DNA of 64,000 bases, from positions 293 to 64,292 of the forward strand of contig JARFQE010000055.1 in NCBI GenBank assembly GCA_029287915.1, written 5' to 3'. The position numbers and the translations under genes were made by a program. Origin of the DNA: Arenicellales bacterium. Lineage in GTDB: Bacteria > Pseudomonadota > Gammaproteobacteria > BMS3Bbin11. A model generated the notes under the pieces. That model was not told where the DNA came from and did no database searches. It saw nothing but the letters and a program-made list of their open reading frames with translations. Positions 40,820-50,624 of this stretch are shown piece after piece (the first letter of the stretch is position 1; the number at the start of each line of letters is the position of its first letter).

Positions 40820-41782
40820 CTAAAATCTTCCCACACGGTTTACCACCTCGGCATTTAGAAAGGACCGGATATTATCAGCTATTTGATCGACCAGGCGCTG
40901 TCGTGACTGTCTACTGGCCCAGGCTGTATGAGGTGTCAGGATCAGGTTTGGAACATCCTTTTCAAGCAGCGGATTGCCCTCTGCGGGCGGTTCTATTGTC
41001 AGCACATCGAAACCTGCACCGGCAATCTGGTTTTGACGCAGGGCATCTGCCAGGGCAGACTCATTGACGAGACCACCGCGTCCCGTGTTGATCAACAGGG
41101 CATTATTTTTCATCAGTGAAATCTCACGTTTACCGATCAGGTTTGTGGTACTTTTGTTTAATGGCAGGTGCAGACTGATGATGTCAGCTGAGGAAAGTAG
41201 TTCATCGAGCTCGAGGCGGCCGGGTTCAGGCTCTCCATGAAGATGCTGGCAGATCAAGACATCCATGCCCAGTGCTGGTGCAACTTTCGCCACTGCACTT
41301 CCCAGAGTTCCATAACCAATGATGCCAAGTGTTTTACCATCAATTTCTTCGATTGGATAATCCAGCAAGCAGAAATTTTTACTGTGTTGCCAGTCACCAT
41401 TTTGCACTGCGGAGCTGTAGTTCATCAGTTTCGTTGATAGCGCCAGGATCAGGGCGTAAACATGTTGCACAACTGATGGCGTGGCATAGTTACGAACATT
41501 GGAAACCGGAATGCCTTTCATATCGGCAGCGACAATGTCGATATGGTTAAAACCAGTCGCAGCAGCACAGATATATTTTAATTGAGATGCGTATGAGAGT
41601 GATTCACTATTTAGTCTACACTTGTTGGTGACAATTATTTCAGCATCTTTTATACGATCTTTTAATTCAACTGGTGATGTGTACTCGTGGTACTCCCAGG
41701 TCAGAGGCAGATCATCCAGCGGTGCCAGTGAAAGTTCATTCGGACCAATGGTCGCGAGGTCTAGAAAAATAGCCTTTTTCAT
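40820..41782 (-). CDS. D-2-hydroxyacid dehydrogenase (glycerate dehydrogenase-like)
   Basis: GIIGYGTLG Rossmann motif, INTGRGGLV, DV...EPP, TPHTAWAS. Confidence 0.9.
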   Translation of the reverse strand: MKKAIFLDLATIGPNELSLAPLDDLPLTWEYHEYTSPVELKDRIKDAEIIVTNKCRLNSESLSYASQLKYICAAATGFNHIDIVAADMKGIPVSNVRNYATPSVVQHVYALILALSTKLMNYSSAVQNGDWQHSKNFCLLDYPIEEIDGKTLGIIGYGTLGSAVAKVAPALGMDVLICQHLHGEPEPGRLELDELLSSADIISLHLPLNKSTTNLIGKREISLMKNNALLINTGRGGLVNESALADALRQNQIAGAGFDVLTIEPPAEGNPLLEKDVPNLILTPHTAWASRQSRQRLVDQIADNIRSFLNAEVVNRVGRF

Positions 41783-42093
41783 ATTTTTTGAAGATAGAAT
41801 GTAGCGTAATGATGTTACTGATATATTGAGTATTTATAGTGTTTAGTATGCATCCTGTTCGTCCGCAATCATTGCGGAAATCAAGTATTCCGGACTGCAG
41901 GGATATTCAGGCATGGTCCCATAGTAGTTCGGTTTGTATAGTCTTCGCCGGATAATTTGACCTGAGTCTGTATGGTAATATGGAAAAAGACTGGTGTGTG
42001 GCCTATTTTTATTGTATGAAATCCTATTATATGACACCAGCAAATAGCAATTATTCTGAAATTGCTAGTGAGCCCGCCTTAGTGAAGGATCCT

Positions 42094-43146
42094 ATGCCTG
42101 ATAAAAATTCTCTTGTTGTCATTGTTGATGATCAGAGCACTGGTCGAAAGATTCTTGAGCAGATTATTAGAGATATTGACTCGAATGTTGCTGTCGAGGC
42201 ATTTGCCTCGCCAATCGATGCGCTTGAGTGTATTCATTCCCGCACACCAGACCTGATCCTGACGGACTACAAGATGCCGGTCATGGATGGTGTGCAATTT
42301 ATTCGGGAGATCCGGGCGATCAGCGCCTGCCGCGATGTACCTGTGGTTGTCGTTACAGTCGTCGAGGACCGCTCCGTTCGTTACCAGGCACTGGATGCCG
42401 GAGCGACAGATTTCCTGACCAGACCGATTGACCAGTATGAGTGCCGGGCGCGCTGCAAGAACCTGCTGACGCTGCGTCGACAGCAGAAAATAATCAGCGA
42501 TAGAGCAAAGTGGTTGGAAGAGCAGGTTGCTCATGGCACCCGTGAAATACAGGCACGTGAGCGCGAAACGTTGCTACGTCTCGCGAAAGCAGGTGAATAC
42601 AGGGATGAGGGAACCGGCAATCATGTTCTTCGAATTGCACGTTACACTCGATTGCTTGCCGAAGCATTGCAGATGCCACAACGTGACTGTGAAGAACTAG
42701 AATTGGCTGCGCCGATGCATGACATTGGCAAAGTAGGAATCCCTGACAGCATTTTACTTAAGGAGGGGCCGCTAAATGATCAGGAGATGGAAATAATGAG
42801 AGAACATCCTGTCATCGGTCATGAAATTCTCAAGGATAGCCCATCCCGCTATATCAGCCTCGGTGCGGAGATTGCGCTAAGCCACCATGAAAAGTATGAC
42901 GGCACGGGTTATCCGAAGGGATTGAAAGGCGATGCCATTCCGATCACCGGCCGTATAGTCGCTGTAGTCGATGTATTTGATGCCCTGACCACCCGGCGTC
43001 CATACAAAAAAGCATGGTCCTTAAAAGATGCTGTGAACTATATACGCAAGGCGTCAGGATCTCACATGGACCCTCATGTCGTCGAGGCATTCCTTGACAA
43101 TGTCGAAAAGATCAGTCGAATCCAGGCTGAACTGAGTGATGATTAA
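42094..43146 (+). CDS. rpfG: REC + HD-GYP c-di-GMP phosphodiesterase response regulator (RpfG-like)
   Basis: REC (IVDD, TDYKMP), HDIGK, HHEKYDGTGYP; adjacent to rpfC/rpfF; ATG 42094 has an AAGGA RBS. Confidence 0.88.
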   Translation: MPDKNSLVVIVDDQSTGRKILEQIIRDIDSNVAVEAFASPIDALECIHSRTPDLILTDYKMPVMDGVQFIREIRAISACRDVPVVVVTVVEDRSVRYQALDAGATDFLTRPIDQYECRARCKNLLTLRRQQKIISDRAKWLEEQVAHGTREIQARERETLLRLAKAGEYRDEGTGNHVLRIARYTRLLAEALQMPQRDCEELELAAPMHDIGKVGIPDSILLKEGPLNDQEMEIMREHPVIGHEILKDSPSRYISLGAEIALSHHEKYDGTGYPKGLKGDAIPITGRIVAVVDVFDALTTRRPYKKAWSLKDAVNYIRKASGSHMDPHVVEAFLDNVEKISRIQAELSDD

Positions 43147-43204
43147 CTTCGCTAGCAGCATGTTGGCGAGTGCACAAGGTAACAGGCATTAACACCTGGC
43201 ACTT

Positions 43205-45745
43205 ATGAGCAATGAAGCGCCCAGCACGTTTGTTACACGCTATCTGAGAAAATTCAGTGAAGCCGAGCATGGCCCGGTGTTCAACCGGGCAACCATCGGT
43301 GTAGTAATCTCCCTGTATCTGATATCCCCCTGGTTCACAGGCAGTGACCAGTATCACGAACAGATCCTTGCCATTGCCATCGCTTACATATCGATCGCCA
43401 TACTGCTATTAGGCTCCGTCCTGGTATACCCGGAAATCTCCAGGCTGCGTCGTATAGTGGGTGCCGTTGCAGACATCGCAGCGGTCTCGCTGATCCTGTA
43501 CGTGACAGGTGAAGCAGCTATGCCTCTGGTTGCTGTTTATCTCTGGGTCATCGTTGGTTATGGCTTTCGCTATGGCCTGAAATATCTAATCCTGACAACT
43601 CTACTGAGCCTGACAGGATTCACACTTGTACTGTGGTATGGCGGTATGTGGCAGGTATCTATGAACTTCAGCATTACCATGTTGATTATGCTGACACTGA
43701 TACCATTCTATCTGGGACTTCTGATCAAGCGACTTCAGAATGCCATAAATCAGGCCAGGGATGCCAGCAGGGCAAAAAGCCAGTTCCTGGCCAATATGAG
43801 CCATGAACTGCGTACCCCACTAAATGGCGTTATCGGAATGAGCGACCTGTTGATGGACACCCAGCTTTCTCTCAAGCAGCGGGAACTGGCAAATAGCATC
43901 CAGGCATCTGCAGATGTTCTGCTTGGTGTGATTGAAAACATACTTGATTTCTCCCGTATCGAGGCTGGCAAGATTATCATCGAGCGGGTTGAATTTGATT
44001 TACATAGCCTGATTTCTGATACGGCCAACCTGTTTATCCACCAGGCCCGTACAAAAGGGCTGAAATTTTCTGTGCATATCGATCCCAGTGCTCCCTTCAT
44101 GCTGAGAGGTGACTCCTTTCATTTGCGCCAGGTGCTCATTAACCTGATAGGCAATGCCATCAAGTTCACATCAGATGGCAGTGTAGAGCTGCGTGTGTTG
44201 CCAGTGAGCACTACAGATAAAAATGTCCGGCTGCGCTTTGAGATTAGAGATACCGGGATTGGTGTCGCTGAAGAGGATCAGGCAACTCTGTTCGAGAGCT
44301 TTCAGCAGGTCGATGCTTCAACAACAAGACGTTTTGGTGGAACGGGATTGGGTACGGCTATTGCGCGCCAGCTTGTAGAATTGATGGGTGGTACTATTGG
44401 AGTAGACAGCCAGCTGGGCAAAGGGGCCTGTTTCTGGGTAGAGGTGCCACTTGACGTACAGCAGGATAGCAAGAAAAGTCGCGAACAACGCATGCAAGGC
44501 ACACGCGCTCTGCTGTTGGTATCTGAAGCGACGAAGCACGCATTAAGCCCTTCATTCAAACGCTGGAACATGGTTGTGGAGACGGAGCACACATCTGCCA
44601 GAGCCTTCGCCAGTTTAATATCTGCGACTGAGACGGGTCAGTCATTCAGCGTTGTTTTGATAGAACAGCTGACACTGGATGTCGCTGCCGAGCAATTTGC
44701 CCGTGTAGTGCGCGCGGAACCGTTGCTGGATAACATTTCACTGGTATTGCTGCAGCACCAGGACGAGTCCAACGATCTCTATTATCTGGGCGAAGGATAT
44801 TCATCTGTATTGCACGGTATTCCGGACAGTCGCCTGTTATATAACGCATTGCATGCAGCTCGCGCCGAGCATGCAATTCCGGATAATGTCATTTCACTCA
44901 CTGAGCACTATGAAAGCCAGCTGGACGGGCAGGTAAGCAAGTTGCATATACTGGTAGCGGAAGATAACGAAACCAACCAGCAGGTGTTGCGAGGGATCCT
45001 TGAAGGGGTGGGGCATGAGGTCACTATCGTGCCCAATGGTATGGCAGCGGTCGATGCGATAGAGGAATTTGAGCCTGGTTTTGATTTGATGCTGTTTGAC
45101 ATGAATATGCCGGAAATGGGTGGACTGGATGCGATGAAAGTGGCACGTTTCATGGATATAGAACGACATGTACCAGTCATTATTCTGACTGCAGATGCAA
45201 CCCAGCAAGCATTAAAGCGCTGCGAGGAAGAAGGTGCAGATGCTTATCTGACCAAGCCAGTAGAATCACGCAAGCTGCTGGAAACCATAGCCCGTCTGTC
45301 AAGCAGGGGCGTAACAGCAGTAGAATATGAATCATTGCCCTCAGATGCTGGCCAGCGTAACAGGGTGCCGATAAAAGAAGATATCCTGGTCGATGAAAAA
45401 GTACTCAGCGGGTTACTGCGACTAGGATCAGGTATCGAGTTTTTTGAAGAGCTGGTAGCAAGCTTCGGCCGCGATGCAGAACAACTGCTAAAAAAAATGC
45501 GTCGTGCAGTCAGTGAACACGATTATCCTGAATTGCAGGATTCAGCACATGCTCTGCGTGGCAGCGCCAGTGAATTCGGTGCCTATAAACTGGTCAACCT
45601 GTGTGTAGAGATTAAGCAACTGAAGCCATTTGAGATGTCTGCAGACAAACCCGTGGAGTTGCTCGCAGAAATTCAGCATACATTCGACATAAGTCGACTT
45701 ATGCTGATCGAGTTCGCACGCAGGCGTCGGGAGGCGAAAAGCTAG
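43205..45745 (+). CDS. rpfC: Hybrid sensor histidine kinase (RpfC-like; TM-HisKA-HATPase-REC-HPt)
   Basis: Multi-TM N-terminus with [37 protein letters not shown] (FDMNMP), HPt (AHALRGSA). Confidence 0.88.
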   Translation: MSNEAPSTFVTRYLRKFSEAEHGPVFNRATIGVVISLYLISPWFTGSDQYHEQILAIAIAYISIAILLLGSVLVYPEISRLRRIVGAVADIAAVSLILYVTGEAAMPLVAVYLWVIVGYGFRYGLKYLILTTLLSLTGFTLVLWYGGMWQVSMNFSITMLIMLTLIPFYLGLLIKRLQNAINQARDASRAKSQFLANMSHELRTPLNGVIGMSDLLMDTQLSLKQRELANSIQASADVLLGVIENILDFSRIEAGKIIIERVEFDLHSLISDTANLFIHQARTKGLKFSVHIDPSAPFMLRGDSFHLRQVLINLIGNAIKFTSDGSVELRVLPVSTTDKNVRLRFEIRDTGIGVAEEDQATLFESFQQVDASTTRRFGGTGLGTAIARQLVELMGGTIGVDSQLGKGACFWVEVPLDVQQDSKKSREQRMQGTRALLLVSEATKHALSPSFKRWNMVVETEHTSARAFASLISATETGQSFSVVLIEQLTLDVAAEQFARVVRAEPLLDNISLVLLQHQDESNDLYYLGEGYSSVLHGIPDSRLLYNALHAARAEHAIPDNVISLTEHYESQLDGQVSKLHILVAEDNETNQQVLRGILEGVGHEVTIVPNGMAAVDAIEEFEPGFDLMLFDMNMPEMGGLDAMKVARFMDIERHVPVIILTADATQQALKRCEEEGADAYLTKPVESRKLLETIARLSSRGVTAVEYESLPSDAGQRNRVPIKEDILVDEKVLSGLLRLGSGIEFFEELVASFGRDAEQLLKKMRRAVSEHDYPELQDSAHALRGSASEFGAYKLVNLCVEIKQLKPFEMSADKPVELLAEIQHTFDISRLMLIEFARRRREAKS

Positions 45746-45751
45746 GCTACA

Positions 45752-45784
45752 GTCAGAAAAGTCCTAACATTGAACTTTTCTGAC
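45752..45784. terminator. Hairpin between convergent rpfC and rpfF
   Basis: gtcagaaaagt-N11-acttttctgac, 11-bp perfect stem; no clear T-tract. Confidence 0.5.
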
Positions 45785-45825
45785 ATGCCATGAACCTTGA
45801 CTCAGTCAGTAAATGCCTTTTTCTG

Positions 45826-46704
45826 TCAGGCCGTTGTTTTAAGCACGCTTTTCGCCTGCCGCGCAACGAGCCTTTCCATCATGCGTAAATCCTTACGCTC
45901 AAGTTTTAGAGCAGCATCGACCCATATCTTGACGATGTCCACAAGTTCTTCATACGCCACCTGCTCAACACGTCGTGCAGCGGCCCGTAAGGCGGTGATA
46001 CCGTTGCGGGAACGGTTTTCCTTTCGGATATAATCATATACGGCTCGCTGCCCTTCCCCTTTTTCGACCAGTACGTCAATTAGACCCATCTCGTAAAATT
46101 CCTCGGCACGGTAGAGTTTACCACTGAGGATGATTTCTTGTGCCATGCGGCCATTCAGCTTCCTCGATACAAAACTGAAAGCGCCCATGCCTGGAAACAG
46201 GTTGAACAGGATTTCGGGAAAACCCATCTTGATGCCTTTTTCAGCAATAATTACGCTGCTGGATAGTGCCGCTTCAAGGCCGCCACCCAGTGCATCACCC
46301 TGCAGTAAGGTGATAGAAGTCAGGTCGCGTTCGAGCTCGATATGATGGGGGTACATGGTGTCAATACAGGCCTTACCGTACTCGAACAGTGCTTCGCGAT
46401 TGCGCGTTTCGATCAGTTCTTTAAACAGTTTCAGGTCACCGCCAAGATTGAAAACATTTGGCGAGTTTGAGCCGAGTATCAGGTATTTGATGGCAGGGCC
46501 GCCAGGGTGATCAATGACGCTATATAGATCGCGGTGAAACTGCTTCAGATCATTGAGTAATTGCCAGGTAACACAGGGGCGAGGTTTCGGATCAAGATGA
46601 TACCACATTGCCTGGTACTTCTCGTCGTAATAGGTTTTCAGGTGCGCATACTCTTCGGCAGGCATCTGGGGGGAATGTAGTACTAGTGCATTCATTGCAT
46701 TCAT
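45826..46704 (-). CDS. rpfF: DSF synthase (crotonase/enoyl-CoA hydratase family, RpfF-like)
   Basis: PRPC, FNLGGDL, QGDALGGGLE and GFPEILFNLFPGMGA with both catalytic Glu; AAGGAG RBS before ATG 46704. Confidence 0.9.
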   Translation of the reverse strand: MNAMNALVLHSPQMPAEEYAHLKTYYDEKYQAMWYHLDPKPRPCVTWQLLNDLKQFHRDLYSVIDHPGGPAIKYLILGSNSPNVFNLGGDLKLFKELIETRNREALFEYGKACIDTMYPHHIELERDLTSITLLQGDALGGGLEAALSSSVIIAEKGIKMGFPEILFNLFPGMGAFSFVSRKLNGRMAQEIILSGKLYRAEEFYEMGLIDVLVEKGEGQRAVYDYIRKENRSRNGITALRAAARRVEQVAYEELVDIVKIWVDAALKLERKDLRMMERLVARQAKSVLKTTA

Positions 46705-47137
46705 GGCGTGCTCCTTATGTAGGTATAACTTGAGTCGTTTTGATCTCACATTGCTCAATAGACAAGTAGTGGACCCTAGTGTTAATGAGAAGTTATCGCT
46801 AATGCAAGTGTGATTTGATAAATTGCCGCCTCATGCTGATAAAGGGAAGTCTGATTCAACGTTGTGAAAAACGCATATAAAATGACACGCAAGGCGATGC
46901 ATGCTTGGCGCCATCAAATAACTACTTCTAGGTAATAGAAGTTTCCACATCAACAATGTAGAAATATTATTACAATCGACCTGGAGCCGAAGACCAATAA
47001 TGGTGAGCTAAGGAAGTCTACTTTCTTGCTTTTTTGTAATTTTATTTAATTGTGCCTGAAATAGGATTGTTTAATCCCTCTGTGTAAAATCTGTGTAAAA
47101 TCGATCATTCTTAATTAATTTAGCGGAAATATCACTC

Positions 47138-48241
47138 ATGACACATTTTGCCGGTGCAAAAGATTTTAAACATGATAAGCATACTCGAATCGGCGTTATG
47201 CTGGTCAATCTTGGTACTCCGGATGATACATCTGTTGCTGCTGTGCGCCGCTTTCTTAACGAGTTCCTGTCAGATCCTCGCGTAGTGGAGTTTCCTCGTC
47301 TGCTATGGTGGCTGGTGCTGCATATATTTATTCTTCGATTTCGCCCTCGCAAGGTGGCAAAGGCCTATTCCACCATCTGGCAGAAGGGCGGTTCACCGCT
47401 ATTGCTAAACTCTCTTGAACAGGCTGCAGCATTGCAAGTGGAGCTCGATAGCCATTTTCCTGAACGATTCAGGGTTGCACTTGCAATGCGTTATGGTAAT
47501 CCTTCAATTGCTGAAGTGATGGAAAAATTTCGCCAGCAGCATTGCCGTTATTTGTTGGTAGTGCCTATGTTCCCACAATATTCTGCCACGACGACAGGTT
47601 CTGTGTTTGATGAAGTTACACGAATATTACAATCATGGCGATTGGTACCACAGTTGCGCATGCCTATGCATTATCATGACCATCCACCGTATATTGATGC
47701 ACTGGCAAGAAGTATCGAGACTAGCTGGCAGGAAAATGGACGAGGGCAGCAGCTGCTGATGTCATTTCATGGATTACCACAACGCTATCTGCGCGCTGGT
47801 GACCCTTATTACTGTGAATGTATGAAGACCGCGCGACTGCTGGCAGACAGGCTTGGCCTGGAAGAATCTGAATGGCAGGCGGTATTTCAATCACGTTTCG
47901 GGCGTGAGCCGTGGTTGCAGCCTTATCTGGATAAAACGCTAATTAGCTTACCAGAATCCGGTGTCCATTCTGTCGATGTCATTTGCCCTGGATTTGCGGC
48001 GGATTGTCTGGAGACTCTGGAAGAAGTGGCTAAAGAGAACAAATCAATGTTTATTAAAGCTGGCGGTGACCGATACCACTACATACCTGCACTCAATGAT
48101 CAGGCCGAGCATGTGAGAATGTTAGCTAATATTGTAGATATCGAGACTCGAAACTGGATGGCCGAAGTGGAAATGTATAATGAGCCGGAACAGGCGAGTA
48201 ATAGACAGCAACTGGCTGTCCAGCAGGGTGCAGATGCCTAG
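47138..48241 (+). CDS. hemH: Ferrochelatase
   Basis: VNLGTPD, FLSDPRVV, SFHGLP, FQSRFG, GFAADCLETLEE, YIPALND. Confidence 0.96.
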   Translation: MTHFAGAKDFKHDKHTRIGVMLVNLGTPDDTSVAAVRRFLNEFLSDPRVVEFPRLLWWLVLHIFILRFRPRKVAKAYSTIWQKGGSPLLLNSLEQAAALQVELDSHFPERFRVALAMRYGNPSIAEVMEKFRQQHCRYLLVVPMFPQYSATTTGSVFDEVTRILQSWRLVPQLRMPMHYHDHPPYIDALARSIETSWQENGRGQQLLMSFHGLPQRYLRAGDPYYCECMKTARLLADRLGLEESEWQAVFQSRFGREPWLQPYLDKTLISLPESGVHSVDVICPGFAADCLETLEEVAKENKSMFIKAGGDRYHYIPALNDQAEHVRMLANIVDIETRNWMAEVEMYNEPEQASNRQQLAVQQGADA

Positions 48242-48250
48242 ATCACAGGA

Positions 48251-49210
48251 GTGCAAGTTTATATGTACAAAATAAAACTTCTTGTATTGCTATCAGTATT
48301 TGTTTCGCTTAAATCTGCGGCAGGTACACCTGTGCCAGATTTCGAGGCAACGCAGATCTCTGAGCATATCTATGTGATATTTGGTCCGACAGATAGACCT
48401 AATCCCGAAAACCTGGGGTTCATCAACAACCCGGCCATTATTATTGGTGCAGACAGCGCGATAATTATAGATCCCGGCTCCAGCCTGGAGTCTGGCCGCA
48501 TGGTTTTGCGTCAGCTGAAGAAGCTGACCGATAAACCAGTAACTGATGTTTTTATCAGCCATATTCACGGTGATCACTGGCTTGGAAGCCAGGCCATTCG
48601 GGAGCAGTACCCGAATGCAAAACTGTATGCACATCCGGAAATGATCAGAAAGGCTAGGGAATCGGAAGCTCAGTTCTGGGTAGAAATATTGAACACCCTG
48701 ACAAAAGGTGCAACAGACGGCACCGAGGCTGTAATTCCGGAAATCCCGGTATCGAATGGGGATAGCTACAAAATAGCTGGCTTGACAATACGTGTCCACA
48801 TCATGCCAGCAGTGCATAGCTTTACCGATGCGATGTATGAAATAGTAGAAGATTCAGTCATGATAACAGGTGATAATGTCACCTATAAACGAATGCCCAG
48901 GTTTGATGAAGGGACATTTCGCGGCACTATTAAAATGGCAGATAAGCTGTTGACGCAGAATTTCACAAGCTTTGTTCCTGGACATGGGCCGAGTGGTGAT
49001 AAAAAAATAGTCGAAAGCTTCAGGAAGTATGTCGTTACTCTTTACGAAACCGTGTCGCAACTGTACGAGGAAGGGATGTCAGACTTTGAGATGAAAGATA
49101 AGGTTGTCGCTAAGCTGGCTGATTACCAGCAGTGGACTGGTTTTCAGGAGCAGATTGGCAAGCACATTAGCCTTGCTATACTGGAAGCAGAAAAGGCCGC
49201 TTTTGAATAG
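48251..49210 (+). CDS. Exported MBL-fold metallo-hydrolase (SoxH-like)
   Basis: Signal peptide, NLGFINNP, IDPGSS, HIHGDHWLG, PGHG. Confidence 0.8.
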   Translation: MQVYMYKIKLLVLLSVFVSLKSAAGTPVPDFEATQISEHIYVIFGPTDRPNPENLGFINNPAIIIGADSAIIIDPGSSLESGRMVLRQLKKLTDKPVTDVFISHIHGDHWLGSQAIREQYPNAKLYAHPEMIRKARESEAQFWVEILNTLTKGATDGTEAVIPEIPVSNGDSYKIAGLTIRVHIMPAVHSFTDAMYEIVEDSVMITGDNVTYKRMPRFDEGTFRGTIKMADKLLTQNFTSFVPGHGPSGDKKIVESFRKYVVTLYETVSQLYEEGMSDFEMKDKVVAKLADYQQWTGFQEQIGKHISLAILEAEKAAFE

Positions 49211-49217
49211 CGGCACC

Positions 49218-49237
49218 ACACCGGCCGAGGCCGGTGT
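49218..49237. terminator. GC-rich hairpin after the MBL gene
   Basis: acaccggc-cgag-gccggtgt between convergent genes; no T-tract. Confidence 0.45.
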
Positions 49238-49316
49238 CCAGAATCTAGTCAATGGGTTCAGCTATGCAACGGAATGATGCCATTGATTACATTGAAGTAA
49301 TTTAAATTCGATGAAA

Positions 49317-49925
49317 TCAGTATAGTGCTTCCAGTCCACCCTGTCTTGCACGCTGGTTAAACATCCTGCGGTAGTAATTAATGGCACTGACACCATTGGT
49401 GCTGACATCAAATATTTTCCATCCCTGCGGTGACTTGTGGAATGAGAACCTGACGTCAATTGGATAGTTATTAATTCGAATGATGCGGGCTGTTACATCA
49501 ACTTCATCCTGATTTATACGGCGAGGTGGCATAAACCTTACTTCTGGTATCTTGCCCGCATAGCCGCCAACGATATCTGCCAGTGAGGAAAAAAATGACT
49601 TGGCCAGTTTTGTTGTAAAGGCCTTTCGCTGCTCCGGGTTCATCTGCTCATACCAATAGCCACCGGACCAGCGTGCCAGTGTATTAATATCAAACTGTGG
49701 TGCAATTCGCGCGCGTATCAAGCCGACCAGTGCCACTTCATTGGCTGCCTGATCACTGTTGAGAAATGTTTGCAGGTCCTCAATACCCATCCTTAAAATA
49801 GTATCTGGTGCAGGGCGGGATGAGGGTGCCCTGGCACTGGATTGCGTATAAGAGGCAGATTGCTGAGCAAAGCTGAATCCAGGAGCCAGTAGCAGTGCAA
49901 GCAGGACAGGGAACAGTTTTTTCAT
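49317..49925 (-). CDS. MlaC/Ttg2D-family periplasmic lipid-binding protein
   Basis: Signal peptide; PQFD...W..M..EQRKAF, GWKIFDV..NGVSAINYYR. Confidence 0.75.
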   Translation of the reverse strand: MKKLFPVLLALLLAPGFSFAQQSASYTQSSARAPSSRPAPDTILRMGIEDLQTFLNSDQAANEVALVGLIRARIAPQFDINTLARWSGGYWYEQMNPEQRKAFTTKLAKSFFSSLADIVGGYAGKIPEVRFMPPRRINQDEVDVTARIIRINNYPIDVRFSFHKSPQGWKIFDVSTNGVSAINYYRRMFNQRARQGGLEALY

Positions 49926-50129
49926 GGTTTTCGATCCTTTGTTGATGGTTTGTCAGGTTGATAGTGGATTACGATAGTTATTAAATAATATTTTGTCTCA
50001 TTTTTATTTATTCGTGAACTGAACTGCTAGTCTAACTACAATGAATTAGTAGTTCACTTAAAATATAAGATTTTTTTTGATAGCTTGTGAACATTGCCAG
50101 GTAAAAGAAAGATAGACAGGTGGGGAACT

Positions 50130-50567
50130 TTGACAGAATTCTGGAAAACTAAAACACTAGCTGAGATGACTACTCAGGAGTGGGAGTCGTTATGCGATGG
50201 ATGTGGGCAATGTTGCCTGGTTAAACTAGAGGACACTGAAAGCAGCGAGATTTACTACACAGATGTCGTTTGCTATTTGCTGGATCATGAGAGCTGTCAA
50301 TGTGGCGATTATCAAAACCGTTGCATACGTGTGCCGGATTGCATCAAATTGACGGCTAAGAATCTCGATGGTCTTGGCTGGATGCCGGATGAGTGTGCAT
50401 ACCGAAGACTAGCTGAGGGACGTGGCCTGGACTGGTGGCATCCACTGGTTTCGGGATCATATGACACAGTGCACCTGTCTGGAGCTTCCATACGCGGCAA
50501 GGTTATTAGTGAGACAGAGATAGATGTTGAGGAACTAGAACAACACATCGTAGACTGGGTCCGTTAG
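50130..50567 (+). CDS. YcgN family cysteine-cluster protein
   Basis: FWKTKTL.EM...[26 protein letters not shown]; TTG start chosen. Confidence 0.9.
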   Translation: MTEFWKTKTLAEMTTQEWESLCDGCGQCCLVKLEDTESSEIYYTDVVCYLLDHESCQCGDYQNRCIRVPDCIKLTAKNLDGLGWMPDECAYRRLAEGRGLDWWHPLVSGSYDTVHLSGASIRGKVISETEIDVEELEQHIVDWVR

Positions 50568-50624
50568 AGAGGAGTCGCTGCACAGGTACTATTTTTAAGG
50601 AATCAAATATAACAGCATCAGTTC

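Noticed and set aside
41783-42093. Possible riboswitch/sRNA upstream of rpfG (hairpin tccgcaat-c-attgcgga)
   Set aside because: Only one short inverted repeat, with no c-di-GMP riboswitch consensus visible; it could be an operator but is unsupported.
47079-47102. 11-bp tandem duplication TCTGTGTAAAA upstream of hemH
   Set aside because: Only two copies in AT-rich DNA; could be chance or slippage.
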